This document shows positions 24,701-37,784 of a DNA stretch of 64,000 nt, one piece after another. Both the position numbers and the translations under genes were made by a program. The first letter of the stretch is position 1. Each line of letters begins with the position of its first letter. The notes under the pieces were generated by a model, which made no database searches, had not been told where the DNA came from, and worked only from the letters and a program-made list of their open reading frames with translations. The DNA comes from Hamiltosporidium tvaerminnensis FI-OER-3-3 (lineage: Eukaryota; Fungi; Microsporidia), in the NCBI GenBank assembly GCA_022605425.2, contig CM061247.1:930001-994000 (forward strand). Reading direction: 5' to 3'.

Positions 24701-25332
24701 ATATTTATTTGGTTTTCCTAAAGAATAAATCTCTCAGGTTTATACATTCAATGGTGTTGTTTCAGGTGTATTTATTACCATTAAAAAATGCCAGTTCTAC
24801 ATCGATCTTCATACATTTCTAATTAACCTACCTTATTCTTTCACCTTAAATAATTTTTTTAAAGTGTCGAGAGATAGAACCCAGCCGAATTTCTCATTAT
24901 GTGCCTATGAAGCCTTTTCCGGCTATTTTTTGCATTCTTTCAAACCTTGTCTGTACTGCAAAAAAACAATTTGAGCTCATTCCTAAGAGTCGCCTGTATT
25001 GAAATCGAATATCCTCCACCATGCTATTGGCCTGTTACCTTCAAGAATAGCTAAAGTACAGGGGGTTGTCTTGTTGTAAGATGGCTTGCACGCAGAAACT
25101 TCAACCAAAGAGGGAAGTGGCATATTAGGCGAAGGTAGGGTATCAAGCCCACTATTTGGCATGTTTAGCCTTGTGATGTAAGTATAAATTTATGTAGAAA
25201 AAGGTAGGGAGGAAACCACCAGAAGATGTTGCTTGCAGTATTACAAAACATTTTTCTTCTTTTTTTTTCAACTCATAAGCGTCGTTTTCAGCTTTTATTT
25301 TGTTATTCGCAGCCAAAATTTTCTCATACCAT
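21790..25332 (-). mobile_element. RLE non-LTR retrotransposon, old near-full-length copy D
   Basis: ATG at 25332 aligns with the ATG of copy B. catacctgcgcagcttgca (~24534) is identical to B (~43895). NHLQLIDD RT motif at ~23350-23376. tatatctatttagaag is shared with B. The 3' limit is approximate. Confidence 0.8.
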
Positions 25333-26014
25333 TCTAAAATCCATACTACTACTAAATTATGCTACAGCCTCAAATATTCCAGACCTGCAAAAAAAAATTC
25401 TCTCCATTTTTCTCCATCGTGACCTTTCTTTAATTGACACGCCTTACGACTTCTCATATGATTTTTTATAGCTTCTATCCCTCGTTTCCGTTGCCTATTC
25501 TTTGTTTTTTACCTTGGATTTGCATGTAGATTTGATTTGCCTCTCATTCAGGAACAATTCGTAATACATCTCTGGCCATCCAAATCATTTCTTTTATTCA
25601 TTTAAAACAATTTGATTTACGATAGAGATATTAAATTTTATGATTTAGAATTCATACCAGAGAAATTAAATTATTTTTGAAGCAGTTCATACTAATTTTC
25701 TAAAATTGTAATTATTCTCAATCCTACAACATCCAATTTTTTCATCCATTATATTTTTAAGTTTTTATTTATTCTGGTCTTACCAAGGGGGAGGAAAAGC
25801 TATGATAACACTTAAAATATTTTCGGGTGTTAAAATGCATTTATCTTAAAACTCAAAAGTAATATTTTGGTTCATATACTACTATATGCCTTTTAAATAT
25901 ATTCTTAATACATTATTTTTTATTTTTTCCACGTAAATCACTTAATTTGATGTAATAAAATATTTTTTTTTGGCTAGTATTTTTATTATTTAAATAATGT
26001 GCAATATCTATTTT

Positions 26015-29000
26015 ATGGGTAGAAGAAAAAAAGTTGTCAGCGAAAATATAAAAAATGAAGAACTAAAGGCTGTAAACAACTCGGAAATTAGTTTAAAATA
26101 GACAAAAAAATGTGATAGAGATGAAGTGACTATATCCGAGACACTTCCACCACAACCTACCATACATAATAACACCCACTCCCCATCGATCACTACGTTA
26201 TATGTTACTCCAGTCAACCTGCTCGATTCCGCACCCCCTTCTTCCTGTCCCGATTCTTCTGCGTGTGGACCAGCCAACACAATGGAAAACCTCAATGCAC
26301 CTGCCCTTCCAGAAGGAAATCGACTGATGGTATTGCATTCAATACTTGACTCTGTCACAGCCGTAGAGCAGGAATGGCCTAGATCTGCTATGTCAGCAGT
26401 GCAAAAAAAGTTTGAGAGAATGCCTAGAAATGGCTAGTCTGCAATTCTTAGGTACTATAATGGGAAATTTGGTCGAACTGTTGATATCGATGTGTTAAAA
26501 AAATTAACACATAATGAGGCAGAAAGGGAAATAAGGCAAGAAGAGAATGGAGAGCGACGTAGAATCGCCACTTGTATCGCCGAGCCATGTTCCTTAACTG
26601 ACACTACACTCTATATGAACCTGAGAGAAAAGTTCTTGTGTAAAATCAAGGAACTCTCTGAGAAGGAAATCGGAGATGTAGTGGTCCGAACTAGAAAACT
26701 TCCAAGTGAATTGGTTGATAGTAAAGTTTTGGAACTCATAAATCGGATCACATGTGAATATGCTGAATTTCATGTGCCTAAGAATGTTAGTGATGCAGAT
26801 CGAATCATCCAGGCGGCTCAGGTATGCTATGACGAGGAAACGCGTAAGGAGAAGCCTAGATCCGCTTGGAAGTAAAAGATAGAAAGTAAAATTTCTAAGC
26901 ATGTACTTTCAAAAGATCTCCTCGAGAAGGCTTGTAAACTGGAAAAGCTCTTTACCTCGGAAACGAAAAGTCTCAGAAAAATTATGCGAGAGTTCAATCT
27001 AGATTAAGCAAAATAAATGATCTCTCTGAGGCTTTGGTTAAGAAGAATGAGGCTTTAAATGTGTACGAGAAAAAAATTACGATGCGTGAAAGTAGGAGGA
27101 AATTTCGAAAAGAAAATCGTATGTTTGAGTTATTCCGAGGTCGATTCTACCGAGGGCTATCTGGGCGCGTTGAATCTGAGCATGTGGTTTATCGTGACGA
27201 AATTTCAGAATTTTGGTCTACATTGTGGAACAAAAATGATAAAAGTAGTTACATATGATGAGTATTTGATACCTTTCGTGTCAGATACGCAACAGACCAC
27301 GTTTCCTTCACTTGAAGAGTTTATAGATATTATCAATTGGCTGCCTAACTGTGAAGCCGCTGGAATTGATGGGATTTATAACTTTTACATCAAGAAACTT
27401 ACGAGCCTTCATAAATATCTTTACGATATTGTGAAAGCCATATGTTTAGAAGGAACGCCTCAAGCCGATTGGTATTATTTTGGACTTACATATCTGATAC
27501 CTAAAGGTACACCAAAGACTGGCTCTGATTACAGGCCAATAACTTGTATGTCAAACCTGTATAAACTGACTACAAAATGTGTCACTAAAGTGGTTCAGGT
27601 TGAGGTGGAAATACGAGTATTACTTTCAGATAATCAGTTGGGAGCGGTTAGAGGAGTGCAAGGGGCGAAAGAACAGGCCTTATTGAATGTCGCCATTAAT
27701 ATGGAGTACGGAAACAATCTTAAGGCAACATGGATTGATTTCAAAAAAGCTTATGATTCAATAGATCATGCTTATTTGACTCAATGTATTGAAAACCTTA
27801 ATTTACCTGACTGGATCCTGAAATTTATTAAGGTAATTATATTGTAATAGAAAATTGATATATCAATAGGGCCTGAAAAAATATGAGCAAGAAGATTGAT
27901 AGAGGGATTCTGCAAGGAGATAGTTTGTCACCATTATTTTTTGTGTTGTGTATGGATCCATTGAGCCGAAAGCTTAATGAGAAGTACACAAAAGTGACAA
28001 TAAAGACAGATGCAGAATCCCACATGACTAATCATCTCTTTTTTATTGATGTCTTAAGCTCCTTGCCGAAGATGGGCAAACATTGGAAGAAATGACGGAG
28101 GAGGTTAAAAAGTTTATGAATAATATAGGATTGGAAATTAACAAAGAGAAGTCAGCCACTAATGATCCATGTTGTGAAGATACTGCTACTCTTCTTGAAG
28201 GAATAGGTGTTTATAAATACCCTTGAATTATAGAAGATAGCAGAGGAATTCCAACAAGTAAGTCGTTTGAGGAAGTAAAGACTAAAATTATAGCACGAGT
28301 AGAAAGACTTTGTCGCACGAGATTAAATGCAAGAAACCTATTTCAAGCCATTAATCAACATGCAATTTCTTTACTAAACTATCATATAGGTGTACTCCGA
28401 CTAGAACCGGCTGACTTCTCTGTTAGATGATGCGGTGCGTGCAGTGTTAATAAAGAACAAAATACATCTACGCCCGGATGCAAGAACGTCTATACCTTCC
28501 ACGTAAAGAACCTGGAAGAGGTTTACATAGTGTCGTTCAAAGCGAACTATGCTTTTGCAATTCTTGGATTGTCTGGAAAACATAAGATAAATCGACCGAG
28601 AGCAGCAATCCTAAGGTTGAGAATAATAATAAAACCCACCTTTCACTAATTAAAAACTTTTTAAAAATAAAATACGGGTTGGAAGGGAAGTCACAAAAGA
28701 AATTGGAAGAAGCTCAACTAGCTAACCTATATAACGAAATCAAAACCGAAAACTACATTCAAGTTATATAGCGCTAGAAATAACGAGCTGGTAAGTGTAA
28801 ATGACTCCTCAAGATGGTTAAAGAAAGGAAGTGTAAGACCACGTGATGAAGCAGTGTTCTGTTATATCCAGGATGAAATGTTTTCTGGGGTGAGAGGTAT
28901 GTGTCAACACTGCAACCAGTCTGGAAACTGTTGATCACTTAGCAACGAGATGTGAAAAATGCTTGGTCATGACTATACTAGACGACATAATGAAGTGGTA

Positions 29001-29732
29001 CGATGTATACATTTACTCTTGCTTAATAAATATAGTTTAGTCTTCGAAACGAATTAGAAGCCACTCAGTTCAAGAAATTCTTGATAACGAATATGCGAGA
29101 TAAGAGTGGACATTAGAATAAAACTGATGTCAGATTCGGTGTAACAGATTGATATATTTATTTTAGACAAGAGACACAAGGATAACCCTCATTGAAGTAG
29201 GAATCACATCCCAGACTCTCTTGAATAGTTGAAACGGAAGCTTGAAGTATGACCTATTAGCAAATGAGTTAGGTCTTATTTATAAATTCAATGTGAGATA
29301 ATTCCTTATGTGATGACCTGGGACGGTATTGTGACAAAATACCATAAGACGTATGTTAAGGACTGCAAATACCCATGAATGTAGAGGCATATTACAATCC
29401 ATGTATCAAGAAGACAGTCGAAACAATTTCTTTTGATCGACGAGAAGCTTGGTCTGACCAAATGCCGGAGAGCTGAGAGCATCTTTAAGTGTTATTTTAG
29501 GAGCTGAGATGTATAAACAACCAATACCTCTTTTAAAGCAAGTAGACAACCAGGAAGATGATGTTAAAAAGGAAAATACAAAAAATATTTTACCCCTTAT
29601 TTTGGATGGTATAACCACAGCAAGGAACCAACACTATACAAATGGAGTTGGTTGGGGATAGAAGTGGTTGAAATGGTGGAAAGAATTATTTAGAAAAGAG
29701 AAAAATTTGTTAACCTGAATTTTATTAAATAA
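26015..29732 (+). mobile_element. R4/Dong-like RLE non-LTR retrotransposon, full-length disrupted copy A
   Basis: One ancestral ORF from MGRRKK (ATG 26015). RT motifs AAGIDGI, YRPITCMSNLYK, WIDFKKAYDSIDH, GILQGDSLSPLFF, NHLFFID. CCHC region CQHC...HLATRC..HDYTRRHNE. RLE motifs D..EVGIT..KYDLLANEL. In-frame stops at 26099, 26435 and 26873 plus frameshifts. Ends AATTTTATTAAATAA. Confidence 0.93.
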
Positions 29733-32700
29733 AATTATATGTTTGCAATATCTTTTTTAAATTTATATTTGAACTATCGACATATTACATATAATCGAAA
29801 TTTTATATCAAAGAGATTTACAAACCTTGGTTCGCGTATCATATCATCGGCGAACAAAACATGAATGATTCTTTGCCAACTTTTAGAATAAAAACTGAAA
29901 AAAATTGGAAGAGATAATCTTTATTTTATTTAAATATGTGCGATATGCATATCCTTCATATATTATATGAAAAACATAAAGTCTAACAATTTTGTAAAAT
30001 CTTGGAATCTGAATTTGCAAATATAAAGGAAATGTATAGAGACAAACACAATTAAATGCTATCTAGGTTTGAAGATTTAATTAAAATAGCTTATTAAAAG
30101 TTTTTTGCCATACAAAGTATAAAAGGTTTTTTTTGATTATACAACATTAAAATGATTGTATGCGTTTCCTGTACGAGAATCTCGTCGAAATATAAAAATA
30201 TCAATTTAAATGATGCTTAACTTTCGCACAATAGACTAAGTAACTTAAGGTAGGCTGTAAAAAAATTTCTTAGAATTTTTTAAGCCTGTTAAAATCCATT
30301 TTTAACCATTCAAAGTTTTCATTCCAAAAAGAAAATCTGTTTAATATTGAAATGTTTAACTAATTTGATTTGGCTCCGGGTTGACTATTTAGATTTTCTA
30401 TTTAGTTGAACCGTCTCTTGGATCGACTATGTTTTGATATTTGAAACTTTATTTTATAACGGCCATTTTATTTACATTTTCATTTTCATCTTGGTACTAT
30501 AGCTCTGCCCGAGATTTGGCTGCATTAAGTAATATCGCTTATTGGTTTCTTAAAGTGAGGTTGTTTACTTTTTCGGGCTTGTAAAAGGGCGGTTTCAAAG
30601 GTGGGTTGTTAGACCTACGCTCAGCCTAGAAGATCAGTCCTTTTTAATCGCCTCTTAAAAAAAGCAGAGAACACTCAATGGATTCCGCCCGGCATGATGG
30701 GGAGAGGGAATTTTATTAACACTTTGGGCATATTAATTCTGGTCATTGCTTGTTCCGCATCTTATTTTTATTTGCGCAAAGTTAAAGCAAAATGTGAGTA
30801 TTTGTTTGTTTCCATTTTTTATATTACATATCTAGCTGATCTTTTCGGAGTCTCATCGACATATTATTTGAGTGTAAGCTTCTTTTTCGATTAAAATAAA
30901 AAGTTGCAGCTATTTTTTGGTACACACAACAGAAATTTTTTCTCTATTCTAAATATTTTCTAAAACATCAGAAACCTTATATCATATTTTGCTAGAAAAG
31001 TTTTCTAGGTTTTCGCCTCAGATAATATCTCTTTAAAAAAGAGATATTTATTCTTACAAATAGTTGATCGCAAAGCCTCATTTATTTAATCCTTTCATTT
31101 AAAAATCGATGTAAATTTTGAGAGTAATTCGGATTATACTAAGTGTGATCCATTTAAATTTTATACACAAATCAAAAGCGTTCAGTTTATTATTAGAATT
31201 TTGAGATCTAATTTTTTTCCTGGCGTCCAAACTGGTTTCTAAATACGAATTTTACATGATTTCCTAAGTCGAGTGATCATGAACTCTTTTGTATGTTCGA
31301 ATTTATACTTTCTTAAATAAATTTATTTATACCCTGATTTACTTTATTATGACTTCTGTACAATTATTTCCGAATTTTTTTAGAACTTATTGCCAACTAT
31401 TTGCCAAATTATTTTTGTTTCTTCGTAATGACACTATTTTTATGTATTTAAGATATATTTCGATGCACAGATTCAATCAAATCTGCTTTTATTACAATAA
31501 ATATTTTAAAATGTGTATCTAAAATTATATATTGCCGTGTGCCGGAGTTTTAGAAGTATTAAATGAATGGTTTTTATTGATTTAAGGTCTTCTGTTTAAG
31601 TTCATTTTCATTCCTTTCTTAAGGTAAAAGAAATAATTATTTAAATAATTATTTAGAGGGTTTAATGTCGTTTCTCAGGATGGGTTTACGACATATATCA
31701 ATAACTTAAGGCAATATATAGTAGAACAAAGGACGCTAAACAGATATTCTAAATCCTTTACTTTGATTGAATAAAAGTATCGAAAAGAGTATGAGGAGTA
31801 AAAACATTTGATTTAATACATGTAGTCAGACCATGCAAACATACCTTATTCTAGTTAAAAAGGTGTTCCAACGAAGAAGGAGAATTTTAAGCTATCTTAG
31901 ACAGAAATAAAACAATCATAAATTACTGATAAAATATTCAATTCAAAACACTGACTTGGAACATATAAAAATTGTCTCCTATACAAAAGCAAACTAGGAT
32001 AAAGAATTTTAAAGATTGGAAGAAATAACTCAGTGGTTTTAAAATTTATATAAAATATTTACTGTCTTTTTCGGCGTATAAAATTGTAATCTTGCCACAT
32101 TCCACAATCCGGATTAAATACCTCATCCTGGTTTGAGTAGATATGGCTTGATTACATTTTAAGGGATTAGAAGTATTTATAATTTTAAATTTATTTTTGA
32201 AAAAAGAATTGTGGTTTTATTACGAATAAAAAATAGAATAAAAAAATTCTAAATATAGATGCTTATTTTAAAAAAATATTCTAGAATTCGAATTTTAATA
32301 ATTATTCAACTCTTTCATATATTTTTTTCTATTCCTTTAAACGCTATATTTTCATCTTCTAAATCCGATTCTTTCTATTCATTAAGGAAGATTGCTTTGT
32401 GTAGAATATGGGTATTTTACTTTCAGTTTTTACTTATTCGATACAATCTTCTTTTACTTGATTCTCAGAATGATATTCGTTATTCTTACATTTTAAATCT
32501 TTAAACAAAACTCATTTATGTTCACTCTCTACTCTTTCTGCTATTTGCACTGAAGCAGATCTTTTTGCGTCAGTCATATGATTCATTTCGTTTTTATTTT
32601 TAGGCACTATCGGATGAATTCATTCTGTCGATTCATAGGTTTTGAGGCATTTTAGAATACATCCTAAGATATTTTCCCATTACAGCGCCAGAATATCAAA

Positions 32701-33239
32701 TGCAGATTATTTATAAAAGTAAAGAATAAAAAACCCCAGCTCATCAAATCAAAAACCGTAAGTTTTAGCTTTTTTTGATAAACTTTATGAAATGAATATA
32801 AGCAGTGATTTTTACTTAAATAAGTGAAATATTGATTTCTTACAGATTCAAAACAAATAGATAAATCTATTTTATTCCAAAATCCAAATGAATTTGTATT
32901 CTTATGTTTCCTTTATATTAATAAATTTTTTACGGGCAATTTTAGAATTATTACGAAATTATAATAATATATACACGACTAGATCACTCTTAAAACAGCT
33001 ACAGAGTATAGAAATTTTACTATTCGACACAATTTACTTTGTGCGTCTGGCGCATTTCACTGGTAATAAGGCATCTTTTAGGTTTTTCGCTTGAAAAATA
33101 TTGTGATTTATCGTATGACGATTGATTTAAGTTTTTTTCATTTGTGTTGGTTATTTTTGTAAAAAATTACACGAACCAATGATAAGGTTTTTAAATATAT
33201 GAAAAATGTTTAGGAAACTAAATAAATCGTACATTTACA

Positions 33240-34850
33240 AACTAAAAATGGACAAATTTTTTCAAACAAATCTCTTGAGGTAATAACACGTGTGAAATAA
33301 ACTGAACGTAGGCCATTGAAAAAATCTTATTAAATTATCAACTTTCAAGAAAGTTTGAAATGATAACTATTTCAGAATAATAGAATCCGATTGTATCTTC
33401 ATAGAAAAGTAAAAAGTATATTATGTTTTGTGTCTATCTAAAAGAGCTATTTTTAATTTTACATGTCGCAATTTTCAGGGGTATCGAAACCGTATGAAAA
33501 AGAAAACAAATTCAAAGTATGAGAACATCCCGAGCGAGATGATAGTAAGATACCGAAATTCATTAACGGAATATGCCAAAAACATATTGATCTAAAAAAA
33601 GACCGGTTGTAAAACCGATACTTAGTAAAAACATGAATTCCAGGTTTCAATTTCGTTTTAATCGACATGTAATCACAATTGAATTATCAATAAAATCTTT
33701 CATACTTTTTACCAATCTCATTTTACTTCATTTACCTAGTTAGGCTCCTAATAAGCAAACGTGTAGAAAAAGTAGCATATGTATTTTTAGATATTTTTAC
33801 ATTTTTAATACACCTGCTATTTAGCAAAATAAAATGATGAGTAATCTGGAAGCGATACCATTAAAGAATTATTTAACATATGTCCCGGTTTATAAACGGT
33901 AAATTGAAAGCCTAGCACTTCAAAATCAGGACCTAGTAGAACGTGCAAATCGAAATGCAAAAAAACATACCTTTTTCGTGGCTTGAAGACAATAAAGCAA
34001 AAGGTCATCAAAAGATATACTTTCTGTTGATATTATGAAAACTCACGCATATTATGGGTGCTTTAACCATCTTCAGTAATGGATCTTGTTACGAACAAAG
34101 TTAAAAGCTGATTTAAAAGTTTACTATTCAGATAATTTCTGCTTAATAGAAATTGCAAGTGGATTTAGAGATAATATTAAAGGATCAAAACAATTTAAAA
34201 TCCCAGGAAGAAGTTGTTTCACCAAATAAACTGGTCTAAATTTAAGCATCTCACCATATCGTGTATAGAATTATCTTCATTAATATAGGTTGGTAATTTT
34301 CGGCTTCGAAATCCAAATCATGTTATAATTTCCATAGCAACGAACGAAAATTAAATGTTTAAAGAATCTGATATTTAAGTCTCTGATCATAAAAACTATA
34401 TCAATAAAGGTTAGAATAATTTCTAAGGAATTCTAATTTCAAAATAATAATGCAGGTCATATTAAATCAGGATTATTTCAGCTAACAATCTAAGTAAACA
34501 GAGGGATAAAATGCCCCAAATTTCCGATTCGAAATATTCTTCCATATAGCCAAATTAACATTGATAACACGAGTCTCAAATTTTGACAATCGACTTATTA
34601 ATGAAAGAATTATTGTGCGATTTTTTATTGAAATAACGTAAACAGATTTTTTGTAAACCAGTTAGGAAACATATAATCTAAAATAAAGTTTATGTTAGAA
34701 TTACTTTAGAATGCGTAGTGAAAAAGATATTTTACTAAATAAATTACTCTGTCCGTTATTCCAATGAGAGGATCTGTTAAATGCTAGTGAAGAAAGGTAG
34801 CTAAAGTTTGGATCGATGGGCTGTAAAGCGAATGCAAATCTGAAAAATTG
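33240..34850 (+). mobile_element. KRBA2/SCAND3-type (Ginger-like) DDE integrase/transposase pseudogene
   Basis: Ordered decayed motifs ELFLILHVA, RNRMKK...KYENI, CQK, KPILSKNMNSRFQ, LIDM*SQ, SKRVEKVAYVFLDIF, IKELFNICPGL, VERANR, SWLEDN, RNIL, and C-terminal VKC. Confidence 0.78.
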
Positions 34851-35034
34851 AGAGCTTTAAAGGAAAAATATATTAAACCCGGATTTAAACTATGAAAGAA
34901 GTTTTTCTATTCAAATTAAACGTTTGGATTGGAATTTTGTCGTTAGTATACATGTTTTTTTTGTTAAGGATGCCCTGTTTTCCATACTCTTTACATAAAT
35001 ATAATATTCCTATATTTTTATACATTTTATAATT

Positions 35035-35725
35035 GTGTGGAGAGTGTATTACAAAAACTATCTGCTTAGCAATGAATATGTTAAAGAGATATACGAAATC
35101 TTTGTTTGGACTATTAGATAGAGTATAAATACACGCATTTCCGATTGTTTAATAGAGCTCATAAAGCGGGAAGAAGGTCTAACACAAGTGGAAACATTTT
35201 TTAAAATCTGTTTTGTGCTCTTTGTTAACTAAATTAAAAATTACGACCGAGAATTTGGATTTTTTTCATATAAAAACATGATATACCTATTCAATTTGGG
35301 TAGGAAAAGCAGCACATGGGGATACAAAAAGACACTTTAAGCCAGAAAAGCAAATTATCAGTAACCCTTGTTAAAAAACATTGCAATGCCAATATAGATC
35401 TCATTTAAGTCGCGAGCTATATCTTAGCTTGACGCTTTTTACGGTCGGAAAGTGTCGAGTAATTGAGAATGCAGCATAGTCTGCGAAGAGCCCTGGGTAG
35501 ATATCGCCAACGAATCCTCTTTACGCAACAGATATTAATGATTTTCGAGCAACCAAATCGTCTATTAATTGAATTCTAAACACATTTTACATAAAATGTG
35601 TCTAGAATATAACTAATATCGAGGCTACCTATTAATGTTGAGAGATACTTATTATTTTCATACTAGAACTGCTTTAATTCCGTGAAAACAAAATCACGCG
35701 CTACTGTTTTTATAAGATAGTATTT
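35035..35725 (+). repeat. Non-coding ~0.7-kb dispersed repeat, copy R5
   Basis: aaaaactatctgcttagcaatg terminus; tatatcttagc; aatgcagcatagtct; gcaacagatattaa (35525-35538); ctagaactgc. All collinear with R3. Confidence 0.8.
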
Positions 35726-36804
35726 TTATAAATAAAACCGAATACTTCCCTTAGTACGGGCCGCAATCCAGAAAACGTGTTCATTAATTTTCATAACGCA
35801 TGTTTTTGTTTGAATCAATCAAAGATTCAGGGTGCCATATTTTACTCTACATACCTTTTAAGAGTCTTAAAATATTTGAACAAATTCAACAAGCTATGCG
35901 GAGTTATATTCGATATCAGTACTATAGTATTCATGGCTTTTATTTTTCGAGCCATTCAAGGTTTCGAGGTGTTTTATGTCGTATTTACATTATACGATCA
36001 CAAATAGATTGAAATACTTTGTTCATATAAAAATAACATATATTCTTACCACATATTATAAAAGCAAATCGAATAAATTACGAAATAGCAGACACGTTCA
36101 TAATTAGACATTTAAAATACTATATGGGAAGCCTTGTAAATTTTCTTTTTGTATTTATCACGAACACGGAATTAAGATTGGAACAGGATATATGAAAAAC
36201 CTTCTTAAAATATGATTAAATATTCCGGTATATGAAGAATCACATAAGACACAAGTTAAAAGATCCTAAGAAGAATGCGTTCTATTTAATGATAAAAATA
36301 TTATGTCCAAGTAGTAATTAGAGTCTCGATGTCATTAAATTTAAGTAAATAATTCAGGTGTAATTTAAAAGAAACCCAATAAATTTACATGGTTTCTATT
36401 ATTAACAACTATAAGTGAGATTTAAAATCGAGTATAAATAAAAAAATGAGGTATTAGTTATAAAAAGCATAACAAATCTCTCCTATGTTGACATATTTTT
36501 AAATCCAAACCAATAAATACTTTTAAAAAAATTTAAAACGTATAAAATATCATATTACAATATTTTATTTATGGATATTTTTTTTACAAATGAAAAAATA
36601 CTTTTAACGAGGTTGCTATTAAAACTTTAAAATTATTTTATAAATTTTCATACTGGGCTCAGGAGTTTATGAAACCAATAAAAAATTAAAATTTTCGCAA
36701 AATTTTTATATAAAAAATTGAAAAATAAAAGAAACAAAATTTATTTTTATTTCCTTTAATAAATTTCTAAAAAATATTTCTTTTTATTGAAAAATATACC
36801 CGTT

Positions 36805-37455
36805 ATGATTCTTTATGTTGTCTTTGATACAAATTTGAATAATTGGAGACAAATGAAAGAACCATTACAAATATTTAATGACATCATAATATTTTTAAAT
36901 GCTTTTTTATTATCACGACCACAAAACAGAATTATAATTATAAGTAATATGAAAACAATATATGATTCTAAATATACATCACTTCTAACTCTTCTTGAAA
37001 TATTAAGTGATTTAAAATCAGCACCAAGTAATTTACCACAAAATATTGGATACACGATGTGTCTTTCTCAGCAACAAGAATCTTCTCGTATTTTAATTGT
37101 TTCATTATCTTTACCAAATAAGAGTGATTATTTAAAATATATCAAATTATATTTTACTTCACAGAAGTTAAATATAAGGATTGATGCAGTAAGTTTTCCT
37201 AAATCTTTTGTTTTTGAATATTTAGCAAGTTCAAATCATGGAAAATATTCATCGAATCTAAATAATTTATTAGATTTTTTATTTTCACTTCTCGGTACTA
37301 AAAAACCTACTGAGAATGCATACTTTCAAGTCACTTGTGTATGCCATGATAAAATAATATTATATGGATTGGTATGTCCTATATGTCTTACAATTTATTG
37401 TAAGTTTGTTCCTGTTTGTAAAAAATGCAAAACCAAATTTACATTTCAAAAATAG
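36805..37455 (+). CDS. TFB4: TFIIH subunit Tfb4/p34
   Basis: vWA-like N-terminus (IIFLNAFL...SRILIVS...YIKLYFTSQKLNIRIDAV) and C-terminal CVCHDKIILYGLVCPICLTIYCKFVPVCKKC zinc finger. Start moved from TTG 36787 to ATG 36805, which follows CCC at 36799-36801. Confidence 0.92.
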   Translation: MILYVVFDTNLNNWRQMKEPLQIFNDIIIFLNAFLLSRPQNRIIIISNMKTIYDSKYTSLLTLLEILSDLKSAPSNLPQNIGYTMCLSQQQESSRILIVSLSLPNKSDYLKYIKLYFTSQKLNIRIDAVSFPKSFVFEYLASSNHGKYSSNLNNLLDFLFSLLGTKKPTENAYFQVTCVCHDKIILYGLVCPICLTIYCKFVPVCKKCKTKFTFQK

Positions 37456-37784
37456 AATTTCAACTTCTTAAATAAAATTTTAAAAATATTTTTTTGATTA
37501 CGATTGAACTTATAATTGGTTTTTTTATCATTTAAAAATATTTTTGAAAATATTTTATCGTTTAAATAGAAATGTATTTTTTTTGATGAAAATATAATTT
37601 TTTGGATATAAATTGTTTATGAGTGATTTAATTTTTTAAAGAAATTCATTTTTTTATAATTTAAAACATCCAAATTCAAATTCCAAGTAAAAGTGTAAAA
37701 TAATAAAACAGAAATTGTTGAGGTAGATTGAGTTGAAAATATTTTATTTTTTAAAGAGTTTAAATATTGATCCTTGCCAAAAAA

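Noticed and set aside
31631-31654. AAATAATTATTT repeated twice (24-bp palindrome)
   Set aside because: Pure A/T in a very AT-rich background, isolated and uninformative.
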